A stretch of DNA of 64,000 nt from an uncultured Peptococcaceae bacterium (GTDB lineage: Bacteria > Bacillota > Dehalobacteriia > UBA4068 > UBA4997). Numbering within the stretch: position 1 is the stretch's first letter; every line of letters starts with the position of its first letter. Shown piece by piece: positions 31,976 to 41,680 of the stretch. The stretch lies in contig CANSKT010000003.1 of assembly GCA_947647555.1 (NCBI GenBank), positions 7,987 through 71,986 on the forward strand, read 5' to 3'. The notes beneath the pieces are model-generated. The model saw only the letters and a list, made by a program, of their open reading frames with translations. It was not told the DNA's origin and made no database searches. Position numbers and translations under genes: made by a program.

Positions 31976-33301
31976 CTATTGCTTTTTATTTTTATGCTGA
32001 AACCACGGCTCCGGCAAGTCGTCCCCATTACCGGTCGGGTTAAGATACTTTTTACCCTGCAATTCAGCCGGCAGATATTGCTGCTGCACATAACCGCCAA
32101 ACTCATGCGCATATTTATAGCCCAAACCATGTCCAAACTGCTTGGCGCCCGGATAGCTGGAATCACGCAAATGGCGTGGTACGGCAAAATCACCCAGCTT
32201 ATCCACGTCCGCCAGCGCCGCGTCAATCCCCATATAAGCGCTGTTGCTCTTAGGCGCGCGCGCCACATAAACCGCCGCCATGGCCAAAGGAATACGCGCC
32301 TCCGGCCAACCGACAAAATGCACCGCGTCCATACAGGCCGTAGCCACCTGCAAAGCCCGAGGGTCGGCCAACCCCACGTCCTCCGCCGCACAAATAATAA
32401 TTCGCCGACAGATAAATTCCGGCTGCTCACCGGCTCTAATCATGCGCGCCAGATAATGCAGAACCGCGTCAGGGTCAGAACCACGCATACTTTTAATAAA
32501 AGCAGAAATCACATCATAATGATTATCCCCCTGCTTATCATAATGCAGTGCCTTCTGCTGAATACTCTCCGCCGCCACCTCCAGCGTAATATGCCGGACC
32601 CCGTCCGCTGCCGGCGGCGTCGTCAAAACCGCCAATTCCAAAGCATTATAAGCATTGCGAGCGTCCCCGGCGGCAGATTCGGCAATATGCGCCAAAGCCT
32701 GCTCCTGCAAATCCACTTGATAATTGCCCAAACCGCGTTCCTTATCCTGCAAAGCCTGCAAAAGCAAGGCCCGAATATGCGGCGGCCGCAGCGGCTCCAG
32801 CCGAAAAATGCGTGAGCGAGAAAGCAGCGCGCTGTTAACCTCAAAATACGGATTTTCCGTAGTCGCGCCAATCAAAATCACCGTACCGTCCTCAACCGCT
32901 GGCAAAAGCGCATCTTGCTGTCCCTTGTTAAAACGGTGGATTTCATCAATAAACAAAACCGTGCGCATATTGTAAAGTTCCAGATTTTCCTTGGCCGCCT
33001 GCAAAACCGCCCGAATATCATTAACCCCGGTTCCCACCGCAGATAGCTGTTTAAAATCGCTGCTGGTGCTGTTGGCAATTACTCGCGCCAAAGAAGTCTT
33101 GCCCACGCCCGGCGGCCCATAAAAAATAAGGGAAGAAAGCTGGTCGGCTTCAATCGCCCGGCGCAGCAAGCGCCCCGGCGCCAAAATCTGCTCCTGCCCG
33201 GCATACTCCGCCAAACTGCGCGGCCGCATACGCGCCGCCAAAGGCGCCGCCCGTCTACGGTTCTGCTCCGCCTGCGCGCTAAACAAATTAGGCTGATTCA
33301 T
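31976..33301 (-). CDS. rarA: Replication-associated recombination protein A (MgsA/RarA)
   Basis: 441-aa ORF with an AAA+ Walker A (GPPGVGKTS) and a MgsA C-terminal domain. Confidence 0.92.
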   Translation of the reverse strand: MNQPNLFSAQAEQNRRRAAPLAARMRPRSLAEYAGQEQILAPGRLLRRAIEADQLSSLIFYGPPGVGKTSLARVIANSTSSDFKQLSAVGTGVNDIRAVLQAAKENLELYNMRTVLFIDEIHRFNKGQQDALLPAVEDGTVILIGATTENPYFEVNSALLSRSRIFRLEPLRPPHIRALLLQALQDKERGLGNYQVDLQEQALAHIAESAAGDARNAYNALELAVLTTPPAADGVRHITLEVAAESIQQKALHYDKQGDNHYDVISAFIKSMRGSDPDAVLHYLARMIRAGEQPEFICRRIIICAAEDVGLADPRALQVATACMDAVHFVGWPEARIPLAMAAVYVARAPKSNSAYMGIDAALADVDKLGDFAVPRHLRDSSYPGAKQFGHGLGYKYAHEFGGYVQQQYLPAELQGKKYLNPTGNGDDLPEPWFQHKNKKQ

Positions 33302-33375
33302 ACCTCAAATCCCCCCTTAATAAATATGCAGATAACCAACATTTAAGCCAGACCGGCCTAAAGCGGCTCCTATAA

Positions 33376-34365
33376 CTACAAACCCTTGCGCAACTGCGCC
33401 AGAAAATCATCAAAATCCGCCGGCAAAGGCGCTTCCAGACTGATTTTCTCCTCTGTAATCGGGTGAACAAACTCCAGCCGCGCCGAATGCAGCAGCATAC
33501 CCACGTCAGGCGTATTCCGCGGCCCATAAAGCCTGTCCCCCACCAAAGGATAACCAAGATACTTCATATGTACGCGTATCTGGTGAGTGCGTCCGGTTTC
33601 CAGCTTGCAACGTACCAGCGTAAACTGCCCCAAACGCTCCAAAACCTGATAATGCGTAACCGCATGCCGGCCAGCGCCCGGCAAAACCGCCATCTTTTTG
33701 CGGTCTTTCGGACTGCGCCCCAACGGAGCGTCAATCGTGCCGCCCGGCTCAGCCATGCTGCCATGCAAAAGCGCCAGATACCAACGGTTAACCGCGCCCT
33801 CATGCCAGCCCGCCGCCAGCCTCTGATGTGCCAAATCACTTTTCGCCACGATAATCAGTCCGGTTGTATCCTTGTCCAAACGGTGCACAATACCCGGCCG
33901 CAAAACCCCATTAATACCAGACAAATCGTGGCAATGCGCCAGCAGGGCATTAACCAGCGTTCCCTGCCAGTTGCCGGCCGCCGGGTGAACCACCATGCCG
34001 CGTGGCTTATTCACCACCAACACGTCCGCGTCCTCAAAGACCACGTCCAGAGGAATATCCTCCGGCTCCGCCTGCAAAAGCTGCGGCTCCGGCAGGCTGA
34101 CCCAAATTTCATCGCCAACATTCAGCTGATAATTAGGCTTGGGCGCAAAAACCGCGCCGCCGGCAGGGCGCAGCTGAACCGCGCCCTGTTTCAGCAGCTT
34201 CTGCCAAAAAGAGCGCGATTTTCCCTCCGCCAACTCCGCCGAATTTTCCGTCAAAAAGCGGTCAATCCGCTGCCCGGCCGCCAACTCCGGCGCCAGAAAA
34301 TATAATTCCTGATTTAATTCACCGTCCAGCAATTCGCTGTTTATTTCCTGCTTATATAAATCCAT
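33376..34365 (-). CDS. rluD: RluD-type 23S rRNA pseudouridine synthase
   Basis: 329-aa ORF with an S4-like N-terminus and the catalytic motif HRLDKDTTGL. Confidence 0.88.
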   Translation of the reverse strand: MDLYKQEINSELLDGELNQELYFLAPELAAGQRIDRFLTENSAELAEGKSRSFWQKLLKQGAVQLRPAGGAVFAPKPNYQLNVGDEIWVSLPEPQLLQAEPEDIPLDVVFEDADVLVVNKPRGMVVHPAAGNWQGTLVNALLAHCHDLSGINGVLRPGIVHRLDKDTTGLIIVAKSDLAHQRLAAGWHEGAVNRWYLALLHGSMAEPGGTIDAPLGRSPKDRKKMAVLPGAGRHAVTHYQVLERLGQFTLVRCKLETGRTHQIRVHMKYLGYPLVGDRLYGPRNTPDVGMLLHSARLEFVHPITEEKISLEAPLPADFDDFLAQLRKGL

Positions 34366-34395
34366 ATGTTTTCCAAAATCCTGTTATTTTTTTGC

Positions 34396-34860
34396 TTATT
34401 TTTTATCAAGCTGCTTTTCCTGCCGCTCCTCCAGCAAAATCAGCACCGCCAACACGGCCACGCCGCAGCAAAGCAGAATATCAGCCACATTAAACACCGG
34501 CCAATGCGGCAACTCAAGAAAATCCACCACATACCCCAAGCGAAAGCGGTCAAACATATTGCCCAACGCCCCAGAGATTATCACACTCAAAGCCAGACGC
34601 TGCCCCCAATGCTCCGGAGAGGTCAGAAAAAACCAAACCAGCAGCAGCGCCAGCAGCAGAACGGAAAAAATTGCCAGCGCAAACGTGCTGTCGCGGAACA
34701 TACTCCAGGCCGCGCCGGTATTCTGCACATGATGCAGACGCAGCAAGGAACCCAAAACATCTTGGCTGGCGCCCAAAGGCAGGCTTTGCACCACCAGCCA
34801 TTTGCTAAGTTGGTCCAAAGCCAGCCCCAATATAATTATCACAACAAAAATCATTATCAA
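34396..34860 (-). CDS. lspA: Lipoprotein signal peptidase II
   Basis: 154-aa ORF with four TM helices and NTGAAWSMF and FNVADI motifs. Confidence 0.92.
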   Translation of the reverse strand: MIMIFVVIIILGLALDQLSKWLVVQSLPLGASQDVLGSLLRLHHVQNTGAAWSMFRDSTFALAIFSVLLLALLLVWFFLTSPEHWGQRLALSVIISGALGNMFDRFRLGYVVDFLELPHWPVFNVADILLCCGVAVLAVLILLEERQEKQLDKK

Positions 34861-34893
34861 ACCTCTTTTGCCAAACCAATACAGCGCCGTTTT

Positions 34894-35136
34894 TTAAACC
34901 AATCCCTTGGCTCGCTGCACGCTCTCAATATACTGCAATAATTGAGCAATAAAATCACCAATAATCGGGATACCCAAATCCACCAGCAAATTAAGTAAAT
35001 AAAGCGCCAGCGCACTAAGCAGAAAGAAGCCCAGTGCAAAGCCCATACCGCGATAAATGCCGGCCAGAAAATGGCGCATAAAAAAGCCCAGCCGACGGCG
35101 CAGCGTTTTCTTTTCCAAACCTAATTTTTTTAACAT
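34894..35136 (-). CDS. Small two-TM membrane protein (DUF5665-like)
   Basis: 80-aa ORF with a basic N-terminus followed by two hydrophobic helices. Confidence 0.55.
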   Translation of the reverse strand: MLKKLGLEKKTLRRRLGFFMRHFLAGIYRGMGFALGFFLLSALALYLLNLLVDLGIPIIGDFIAQLLQYIESVQRAKGLV

Positions 35137-35227
35137 AATTTATATTATATCATACAAATAAAAAAAATACACCTTTTTTTACAAATTAACCGCTCAAATT
35201 CAGAAATAAAACCAGCCTGTTCAGGGC

Positions 35228-35839
35228 TTATTCCGCCTGCACGCTCAAAAATGGAATATGCGCAATTTCATCATAGCCCACTTCAATCTGCGCATCACGC
35301 AAATCCTGCAAACGAACATAATTAAATCCCTGCTTTTCAATAGCCTGCACATTTTTCAAAACGCCGTTCAGGCGAATTTTAAGCTGCTTTTCCAATTCTT
35401 CCGCCTCCTCGCCAATTCCAGAATTATTATCATTCATAATACCCTTAGCAATAAACTGCAAAGGGTCAATCATTGAGGGATAACTATAACTGCCCTTATG
35501 TACCTCCAAATGCAAATGCCGGCCGGTCACATTCCCCGTAGCGCCCTCAATGCCCAAAACTGTATCTTCCTGCACCGTCTGGCCAACACGCACATAAACC
35601 GTGCGCAAATGCGCATAAAGCGTAATGTAGCCGTCCGCATGGCGCAAATAAACACAGTTACCATAACTGCCGCCATGGCTCACGCGCAACACCTCGCCGG
35701 CATACAAAGGATACACCAGACCGTCCCCACCAAAACTCATGGAAATAAAATCCTGGCCACTGTGCCAACCGGCCTTCCAAAAACGCCCTTTCGCGCCATA
35801 GCGCGTCCCCAGGCGATATTTATCAAAAGGATAACGCAT
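35228..35839 (-). CDS. M23-family metallopeptidase, putative lysin, with a C-terminal wall-binding-like segment
   Basis: 203-aa ORF with M23 motifs (GWHSGQDF, GRHLHLEVH). The C-terminal LKIRLNGVLKNVQAIEKQGFNYVRLQDL resembles a stalk (Cu-amine-oxidase N-like) repeat. It follows the holin. Confidence 0.8.
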   Translation of the reverse strand: MRYPFDKYRLGTRYGAKGRFWKAGWHSGQDFISMSFGGDGLVYPLYAGEVLRVSHGGSYGNCVYLRHADGYITLYAHLRTVYVRVGQTVQEDTVLGIEGATGNVTGRHLHLEVHKGSYSYPSMIDPLQFIAKGIMNDNNSGIGEEAEELEKQLKIRLNGVLKNVQAIEKQGFNYVRLQDLRDAQIEVGYDEIAHIPFLSVQAE

Positions 35840-35889
35840 TTTTCTCTCCTCTCGCTCCTGTCTATTTTTAATATTTAACTTTTTACAAT

Positions 35890-36120
35890 TTATTTGCCGC
35901 CCAGATAGCCGTCCGCCTGATTTTTGTCCAAATCAACAGCGGCATTATCTCTCTGAACATTTTTACCGAAAAAAAAGCCCAGAACCAGCATCACCGCGCT
36001 GCTAAAAAGTTCGCTGACCTCCCGGCCGCTCAAAGTCATAATACACAAAACCAGAACCAGCGCCAGCGTCACCAGACTTTTAACGTCCAAAAGCCGGGCC
36101 AGTTTTTGTAAAATCATCAT
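35890..36120 (-). CDS. Putative holin
   Basis: 76-aa ORF with two TM helices and a charged C-terminus, immediately upstream of the lysin. Confidence 0.6.
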   Translation of the reverse strand: MMILQKLARLLDVKSLVTLALVLVLCIMTLSGREVSELFSSAVMLVLGFFFGKNVQRDNAAVDLDKNQADGYLGGK

Positions 36121-36173
36121 TTAATGTCCTCCTCTATATTATATTCCTCTTATAGCGCAATGTCCCTCAAAGC

Positions 36174-37232
36174 TTAAACACAAAAACCCAAACTAATACC
36201 ATAAGTACCCTCGCAGCGATAAAAACCCGGCTGCAAAATATCCGGCTGCATCACTAAAAAATTTTCCTTGCCGTTCGGTCCGGAAATATTATTACGCAGC
36301 CAATAAATTGTAGATTTATTCGGCGTATGCCCACAGCGATAATATTCATACTGCTGCCCAAAACAATAATCATTAATTAGTCTGCTGTAACCGCAAAGTT
36401 CATAATCAGAAAAGAAAAACAGCTTTTCCTTGGTGGTCTTGCCAATATTATTACCCGTAACCGCCGTATATTTATTCACCTGCTTAATCACCGTGCGCAA
36501 GTCGCCCGGCATAGACTGCAAAATAGCCGGCAGCTGCACGGTTCGCATATTAGTCTGCTCCCAGGTATTAGCAAAATAAATATTTTCGTCCATAAAATAA
36601 TTGGCCGGCGTTGCTGATTTCATCTGAAAGGTAATACCAGCGCGCTCCTGTCCGGCCTTAGCCGCCGTCAACACATCATGCGCAAAACCGATAATCTGCA
36701 TATCATATGTGCCCAAACTGCTGCTAACGCTTTTAGTATCGCCCAGCGCATAAGCCTCCCTAGCCAGACCAGCCGCTGAAAGCTTGGCAATATAAGCCCA
36801 GGGAGAAGCCGCCAGCGTAGGCGCCGCCAAAACGCGCGTCTGACCAATATGCTCCAAACGTACCTCCCGGGAATAGGTCTTATTAGCATAAACATACATC
36901 ATCTGCCAGGTCCCCAGCGCGGAAACAGAAGCCGTCAGTTCCATAGTATCGCCCACCGTGCCGGAAAAAGAAAGCTGCCCCTGCTGTAACATAACCTGCG
37001 TATTAGGCGGCGCCCAAATTTCAAAAGAAATCAAACTCCGCTGCAACAACAAAGTAATATCTCTCTGCGCCTCCGTCATGCTGCCATTAAGCGTATCAGC
37101 CAAAGTTTTAGCCTGCTCGCCAATTTTAAGCTGTGTATCAATCTTATCCGCATTCTCATTAAAATCCTGAATATTATAATATTCCGAAGCCGCCGGTTTT
37201 TTCAATTTATAATTAGGCGTATAGGTTGCCAT
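36174..37232 (-). CDS. Tail fibre / receptor-binding protein
   Basis: 352-aa ORF. The N-terminus MATYTPNYKLKKPAASEYYNIQDFNENADKID is the conserved fibre-attachment motif of XkdV-like proteins. The C-terminus (KLFFFSDYEL...YWLRN...GISLGFCV) resembles DUF6273. Confidence 0.75.
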   Translation of the reverse strand: MATYTPNYKLKKPAASEYYNIQDFNENADKIDTQLKIGEQAKTLADTLNGSMTEAQRDITLLLQRSLISFEIWAPPNTQVMLQQGQLSFSGTVGDTMELTASVSALGTWQMMYVYANKTYSREVRLEHIGQTRVLAAPTLAASPWAYIAKLSAAGLAREAYALGDTKSVSSSLGTYDMQIIGFAHDVLTAAKAGQERAGITFQMKSATPANYFMDENIYFANTWEQTNMRTVQLPAILQSMPGDLRTVIKQVNKYTAVTGNNIGKTTKEKLFFFSDYELCGYSRLINDYCFGQQYEYYRCGHTPNKSTIYWLRNNISGPNGKENFLVMQPDILQPGFYRCEGTYGISLGFCV

Positions 37233-37774
37233 CAGTTCAACACCTCCTCTCTAATTTCCCGATGCCGCAGCGCCGCCAGCTGCTGATGCGTATAAACGGC
37301 AATCCGGCCATAGGTATTATATAAAAGCTGCAAATCCAGTTGCAAATTAGCCGGCAGAACACGCTGCAAAAGTTCGCGCAAAGCCGGCGCGCAGCCCTTT
37401 GCACTCAATTCCAGAAAAACATGCAACGTATAAGCCGCCGCGTCCAGCGTCAAAATATATTCGCCCTCCGGCAGACTGGCCGCCAAAAGTTCACGCAGCC
37501 GCGTCATGGTAAAAGGCAGTTGTTCATTCAAACGCAGCAAAACCGCATGCCGCCGCTCCGCCAAACTCAATGTTTCCCGGCCGGAAAGCTGCAAAAGCTT
37601 TTCCCAGCGCTCAATACCATATTCGCCGGCCTGCATAATCATCTGCTCAAGCAAAACCTGCTCCACATGCTGCCAGGCCAAAGTAAAATAAGGCTGCTCC
37701 ACCGTCAAAACCTGAGCCACGTCCTGAATTTGCAAAGCCACCGGCGGCAAATAACTGTCCAATTTATTCGCCAT
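37232..37774 (-). CDS. XkdU/YmfQ-like baseplate protein (DUF2313)
   Basis: 180-aa ORF (YLPPV...GIERWEKLLQL) positioned after the baseplate J gene. Confidence 0.7.
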   Translation of the reverse strand: MANKLDSYLPPVALQIQDVAQVLTVEQPYFTLAWQHVEQVLLEQMIMQAGEYGIERWEKLLQLSGRETLSLAERRHAVLLRLNEQLPFTMTRLRELLAASLPEGEYILTLDAAAYTLHVFLELSAKGCAPALRELLQRVLPANLQLDLQLLYNTYGRIAVYTHQQLAALRHREIREEVLN

Positions 37775-37777
37775 AAT

Positions 37778-38848
37778 TTATTGCACCACCACCTGACCCC
37801 TGACGGGAATTTCATCAGCCGCCAGCAACAAATTAGCCGCCCGGCCATTAAAAGTCAAACCGCTAACGTCCAAAACCCCATTTAACTGCAAAATACGCGC
37901 CTCCAGCTGACTGACGCGCACCGTCAAATAAGCGGCCGCGCCCCATTCAGCCGCCAAATCCGCAAAATACTCGTCTATACAACCGGCAACCGCCGCCTGC
38001 ACGTCCGCCAGCTGCCAGCCCTCGCGCAGACTAACCTGCAAACTGACCGCCACACTTTTCGCTTTAGCCGCCGCCACCGTAACCACATGACCAATCGGCG
38101 CCAGCCCCAACCCGGCGCCCTGCGTCGGCGGCGGGTCAAAAAGCATCTGCACACGCTGCACCAGCGCACTATCCGGCACGCCCAGTTTCTCATTCAACAG
38201 AATCAGTTTAACCGTACCGCCGCCCTGCCAGGCCGCCTGAACCTTAGCCGCACCCACGCCGGCAATGCCCTCGGCCTTATTTACATAATCCGCCACATTG
38301 CCGCCAAAACTCTGCTCCAACAAATCTTTTAAATAACGCGCCCGAAAAGCCTCGGTACTTTCCTCGTCCTCGCCCGGTACCAAAATGCGCTCCAACTCGG
38401 CCTTGCTTAAACCGTTCAGATATTCCAGCGGCACCATATGACCAATATAAGCGTTAGGCTGGCTGCCAGCCTGCTCACATTCCAACTCATAAAAATTATC
38501 GTCCAGCTTATCCACCACACGCCAATTAAAACGGTCGCAGCAAAAACGCGTACCCAGCGGAACCTGCGCGCCAGAAGCCAGTTCAATCCGCCCCAAAGCC
38601 CGGGCGGCGCTGGCCGCACGCGGCGCAAGCCCCCTCTCGCTGGCGCGCAGCACCAGATAAGGCCGGGAAGCCGTATCCGCAAACCCCTCCTGCAAAACCT
38701 GCTCCAAACCCCGGTAAAGTTGCGCCAACTCCCAGGCCGCCGGAGCCAGCGCGTCCCAAATCAGACTGCCCTCGCGCTTATCCACCGGGCTGTTAACCTG
38801 TTTCAGCATATCCGCCAGAATTTTCTCATATGTCATACTCTCATACAT
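37778..38848 (-). CDS. Baseplate J-like protein (XkdT)
   Basis: The start MYESMTYEKILADML (ATG 38848) follows AAGGGGG; the ORF track extends to 38905. The sequence is baseplate_J-like and sits between XkdS- and XkdU-like genes. Confidence 0.8.
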   Translation of the reverse strand: MYESMTYEKILADMLKQVNSPVDKREGSLIWDALAPAAWELAQLYRGLEQVLQEGFADTASRPYLVLRASERGLAPRAASAARALGRIELASGAQVPLGTRFCCDRFNWRVVDKLDDNFYELECEQAGSQPNAYIGHMVPLEYLNGLSKAELERILVPGEDEESTEAFRARYLKDLLEQSFGGNVADYVNKAEGIAGVGAAKVQAAWQGGGTVKLILLNEKLGVPDSALVQRVQMLFDPPPTQGAGLGLAPIGHVVTVAAAKAKSVAVSLQVSLREGWQLADVQAAVAGCIDEYFADLAAEWGAAAYLTVRVSQLEARILQLNGVLDVSGLTFNGRAANLLLAADEIPVRGQVVVQ

Positions 38849-38926
38849 TTCCAGTTTACCCCCTTTCGCCGTCAGCCCTCCCCGGCAAACCAACAGCAAT
38901 ATCAAATCACCGCTCTGCTCAGGCTT

Positions 38927-39292
38927 TTATAACAAGACCTCCGTTTCCAACGCCAATTCTCCATAGATGCTTTTCACCACAAAACGGCAGGCCAAACGAC
39001 TGCCCTGCTGCTTAAACTTAAAATCCTCAACCGCCAAAATGCGCTCATCACGCAGCAAAGCCTCGCGCAGCCGCCTTTCCGCCTCCGGTATCACATAAGC
39101 CGAGGGCCGACCAAAAAGACCGGCCAACTCAACCCCATAATCCCCGGAATAAACCGGCCAACGGCCAGCCTCGGTCTGCAAAAGCAGAAAAACCGCCTGC
39201 CGCAGCGCCTCCAAACCGTCAGTCATACCGCGCAGCACACAGCCACGGCCGGAAAGGTTGCTCATGGCATAGGTTCTGGTTTCCTCCGTCAT
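38927..39292 (-). CDS. XkdS-like baseplate protein (DUF2634)
   Basis: 121-aa ORF with the pattern GLEALRQAVFLLLQTEAGRWPVYSGDYGVEL. Confidence 0.7.
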   Translation of the reverse strand: MTEETRTYAMSNLSGRGCVLRGMTDGLEALRQAVFLLLQTEAGRWPVYSGDYGVELAGLFGRPSAYVIPEAERRLREALLRDERILAVEDFKFKQQGSRLACRFVVKSIYGELALETEVLL

Positions 39293-39331
39293 CGGCCATC
39301 TCCCCTTTTCAGCGCTTCAGCCCCTTGCCGC

Positions 39332-39799
39332 TTACATGCCAGCCAAATCATTAAATTTCTCCGGAATTTCAAAATCTTCAAAGGTAAAACGCATTTCTTC
39401 CTCCAAATATTCGTCATCAGCGCTGAACTTGGCCAAAACGCCGCCGTCCAGATTGCAGTCTTTCAAAATAACTGTCTGCCGGCCCACGCTGCTCACCGGG
39501 TCTTCATTGGTAATCTGGATATCAAAATACATATCCTCGCCGCTTTCCTTAAAGCGATACAACAGCTCCCGAAAAATAGAACTGTTATAATGAAAAGTCG
39601 CCTTGCCAGAGCCGCTCCAGCTAACCCCCTTATTGCCGCGCCCCACGCGTCCCAAAACCGGAACCTGCATTTTCTTCTTCTCAATGCTGGCCTCCAGATT
39701 AATAGCCTGCATAAATTTATAACGCCGCCCGTCCAGCGTCACATAACATTCCGCCAGCCCGGCGCTTAAAGCGTCCCAGGCGTTCATAGTTGTTGCCAT
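39332..39799 (-). CDS. Contractile-tail tube protein (XkdM-like)
   Basis: 155-aa ORF directly after the sheath gene, with XkdM-like motifs (VLGRVGRGNKGVSWSGSGKATFHYNSS, DIQITNEDP). Confidence 0.82.
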   Translation of the reverse strand: MATTMNAWDALSAGLAECYVTLDGRRYKFMQAINLEASIEKKKMQVPVLGRVGRGNKGVSWSGSGKATFHYNSSIFRELLYRFKESGEDMYFDIQITNEDPVSSVGRQTVILKDCNLDGGVLAKFSADDEYLEEEMRFTFEDFEIPEKFNDLAGM

Positions 39800-39817
39800 A
39801 TCCTAAAATCCCCCTTT

Positions 39818-41125
39818 TTAAGCAAAAGTAACCGTTAAATACAGCTGCGACATCGCATTTGTCACGTTTAAATAAACACCGATAACCACCGATTTTTTAT
39901 TCTCGCCCGGAGCCACCGTAACATCAGCCGTATCAAAACTTTCAATAGCACGCAGTCCCTCCAGCTTGCGGAAATAAGCCACCACATCGCCCCAAAGACT
40001 GATACGCCCGGCGTTATCATTCGGCACAATACCCAAATAACGCTGATAAAACAAACCAGATAAATCCAAAACAATCTGGTCCAAAACGCGAATAGTCTGA
40101 TTAAAACGCCGGTCCTCCTGACCGCTTTCCTGCCAGCCCTGCAAAGAGTTAACGTCCTCTAAAACGCGCAGTTCACCATGCAGACGGTGCAAAACCAAAC
40201 GCCCGGCCAACAATGCCTGCTGTAACTCACGCTGTCCGCTCAAAGCAGCAACCTTAATCTCGCCGTCATAAACCGCATTAGTCAGCGTAGCATTAACCGC
40301 ACAGCCAGCCTCCGCGCCCAAAAGCCAATAAACGCTGGCGCTGGCCGCCAAACCCTCCTCCTGCGCCGGATAGCCAACAGAAATCACGCCCTCATAATTG
40401 GCCGCAAAATCATAAAGCACCGTCTGGAATTTGCGGCCATTCTCCTCGCGCTGCTCCCGTGTATATTTCAGCAAAAGCGTCTTAACCGCATTATCCATGC
40501 TCAAACAGCCCAAAACATTAAATTCATATTCTCCCAGCAAATCCAGCATCTTCTGATATTCTTCAGAAGCCACCGCCGCCTTATTAGTACCGCCGGTCAG
40601 CTGCAAATAACTGCCGTCCGTCAATTCCGCGCCGCTTTTCCAGCAGACAAAATCATTATCCTGCAAGTCGACCGCGCTGGCCACCTGCTGGCTGTCCACT
40701 TCCTGCCCGGCCAAAAAAGTCAAAACCACAAAACCGTTCTCGGCCTCCGGGTCAGCGTCCACCTTAATCACCAAAGCATTGCCTCGCTCGCCGCTATATT
40801 TCGCCTCGCATAAAGCGCAACTCGCTTTAACGCCGCTATTTAAGCGATAAAAATAACAGCTGCCGGCATGCAAAAACAAATCGCGCAAACCTTTCAATGC
40901 ATCTTCGCCATAAGCATACCCAAACAGACCCTGAGCGCGCGTGCGGAACTCCCCGGCGTCCAGATAAAAAACCTCGCCGTCCGGCCCCCAGTCCAACTCC
41001 AAACCCAAAGCCGCCACGCCGCGGTCAGAAAGATTAGAACCAACCCGACCCTGCTGGTTAACATTAACATAAACACCCGGCAAAATTTTATTTTGCGTCA
41101 CAAAACTGCCGCCACCAAATGACAT
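39818..41125 (-). CDS. Contractile-tail sheath protein (XkdK-like)
   Basis: 435-aa ORF. The N-terminus SFVTQNKILPGVYVNV is typical of phage sheath proteins. Confidence 0.88.
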   Translation of the reverse strand: MSFGGGSFVTQNKILPGVYVNVNQQGRVGSNLSDRGVAALGLELDWGPDGEVFYLDAGEFRTRAQGLFGYAYGEDALKGLRDLFLHAGSCYFYRLNSGVKASCALCEAKYSGERGNALVIKVDADPEAENGFVVLTFLAGQEVDSQQVASAVDLQDNDFVCWKSGAELTDGSYLQLTGGTNKAAVASEEYQKMLDLLGEYEFNVLGCLSMDNAVKTLLLKYTREQREENGRKFQTVLYDFAANYEGVISVGYPAQEEGLAASASVYWLLGAEAGCAVNATLTNAVYDGEIKVAALSGQRELQQALLAGRLVLHRLHGELRVLEDVNSLQGWQESGQEDRRFNQTIRVLDQIVLDLSGLFYQRYLGIVPNDNAGRISLWGDVVAYFRKLEGLRAIESFDTADVTVAPGENKKSVVIGVYLNVTNAMSQLYLTVTFA

Positions 41126-41141
41126 ATGCTGTCACCCTCCT

Positions 41142-41663
41142 TTATTTTTCAATTTTTTTATTAATATCCGCCGCCATATCATCAAGCGGCCCAATAGCCA
41201 AAAACTGCATTAAATCAGCGCCCTCCGGCGGCAGACTCAATTTATCGGCCGCCTCCAATTCCAGCGTCGTATAATAAACATATTTGGCCTGAAAACACAA
41301 ATACTCATTGCCGGCCTGCCAGTGCAAATCATGCCCCCGATAAGCGCGCAGCCGGCCGCACAATTCCGCCATACCACGCACAAGCCCCTCGCCAATGCGT
41401 TCCTGTTCCGCCAAACCGCTCCATGCACCGTTCGGCTTTTCAGCCGCCGCCTTAGACGGCCGGGGATAATAATGCAAAGTCAAATCCATCTCCCGGCGCA
41501 CCCGTCCACAGGGCCAAAGCTGACGACGCAGCGCCGGCGGCGGTAAATAAAAGCAGGGCGTTCGCTCGCCCTGCAAAAGCCGGCCAAAATAAACCGGCCC
41601 CACCTCGCCGCCCGGAAAAAGCTGGCGCAGCTTAGTCGCCGCCGCCCACAAAAAATCCTGCAA
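41142..41663 (-). CDS. Head-tail joining / tail-completion protein (XkdJ-position), function inferred by position
   Basis: 173-aa ORF with a TTG start 9 nt after AAAGGGG, lying between the connector genes and the sheath. Confidence 0.5.
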   Translation of the reverse strand: MQDFLWAAATKLRQLFPGGEVGPVYFGRLLQGERTPCFYLPPPALRRQLWPCGRVRREMDLTLHYYPRPSKAAAEKPNGAWSGLAEQERIGEGLVRGMAELCGRLRAYRGHDLHWQAGNEYLCFQAKYVYYTTLELEAADKLSLPPEGADLMQFLAIGPLDDMAADINKKIEK

Positions 41664-41680
41664 AACTCATCAACCCCTTT

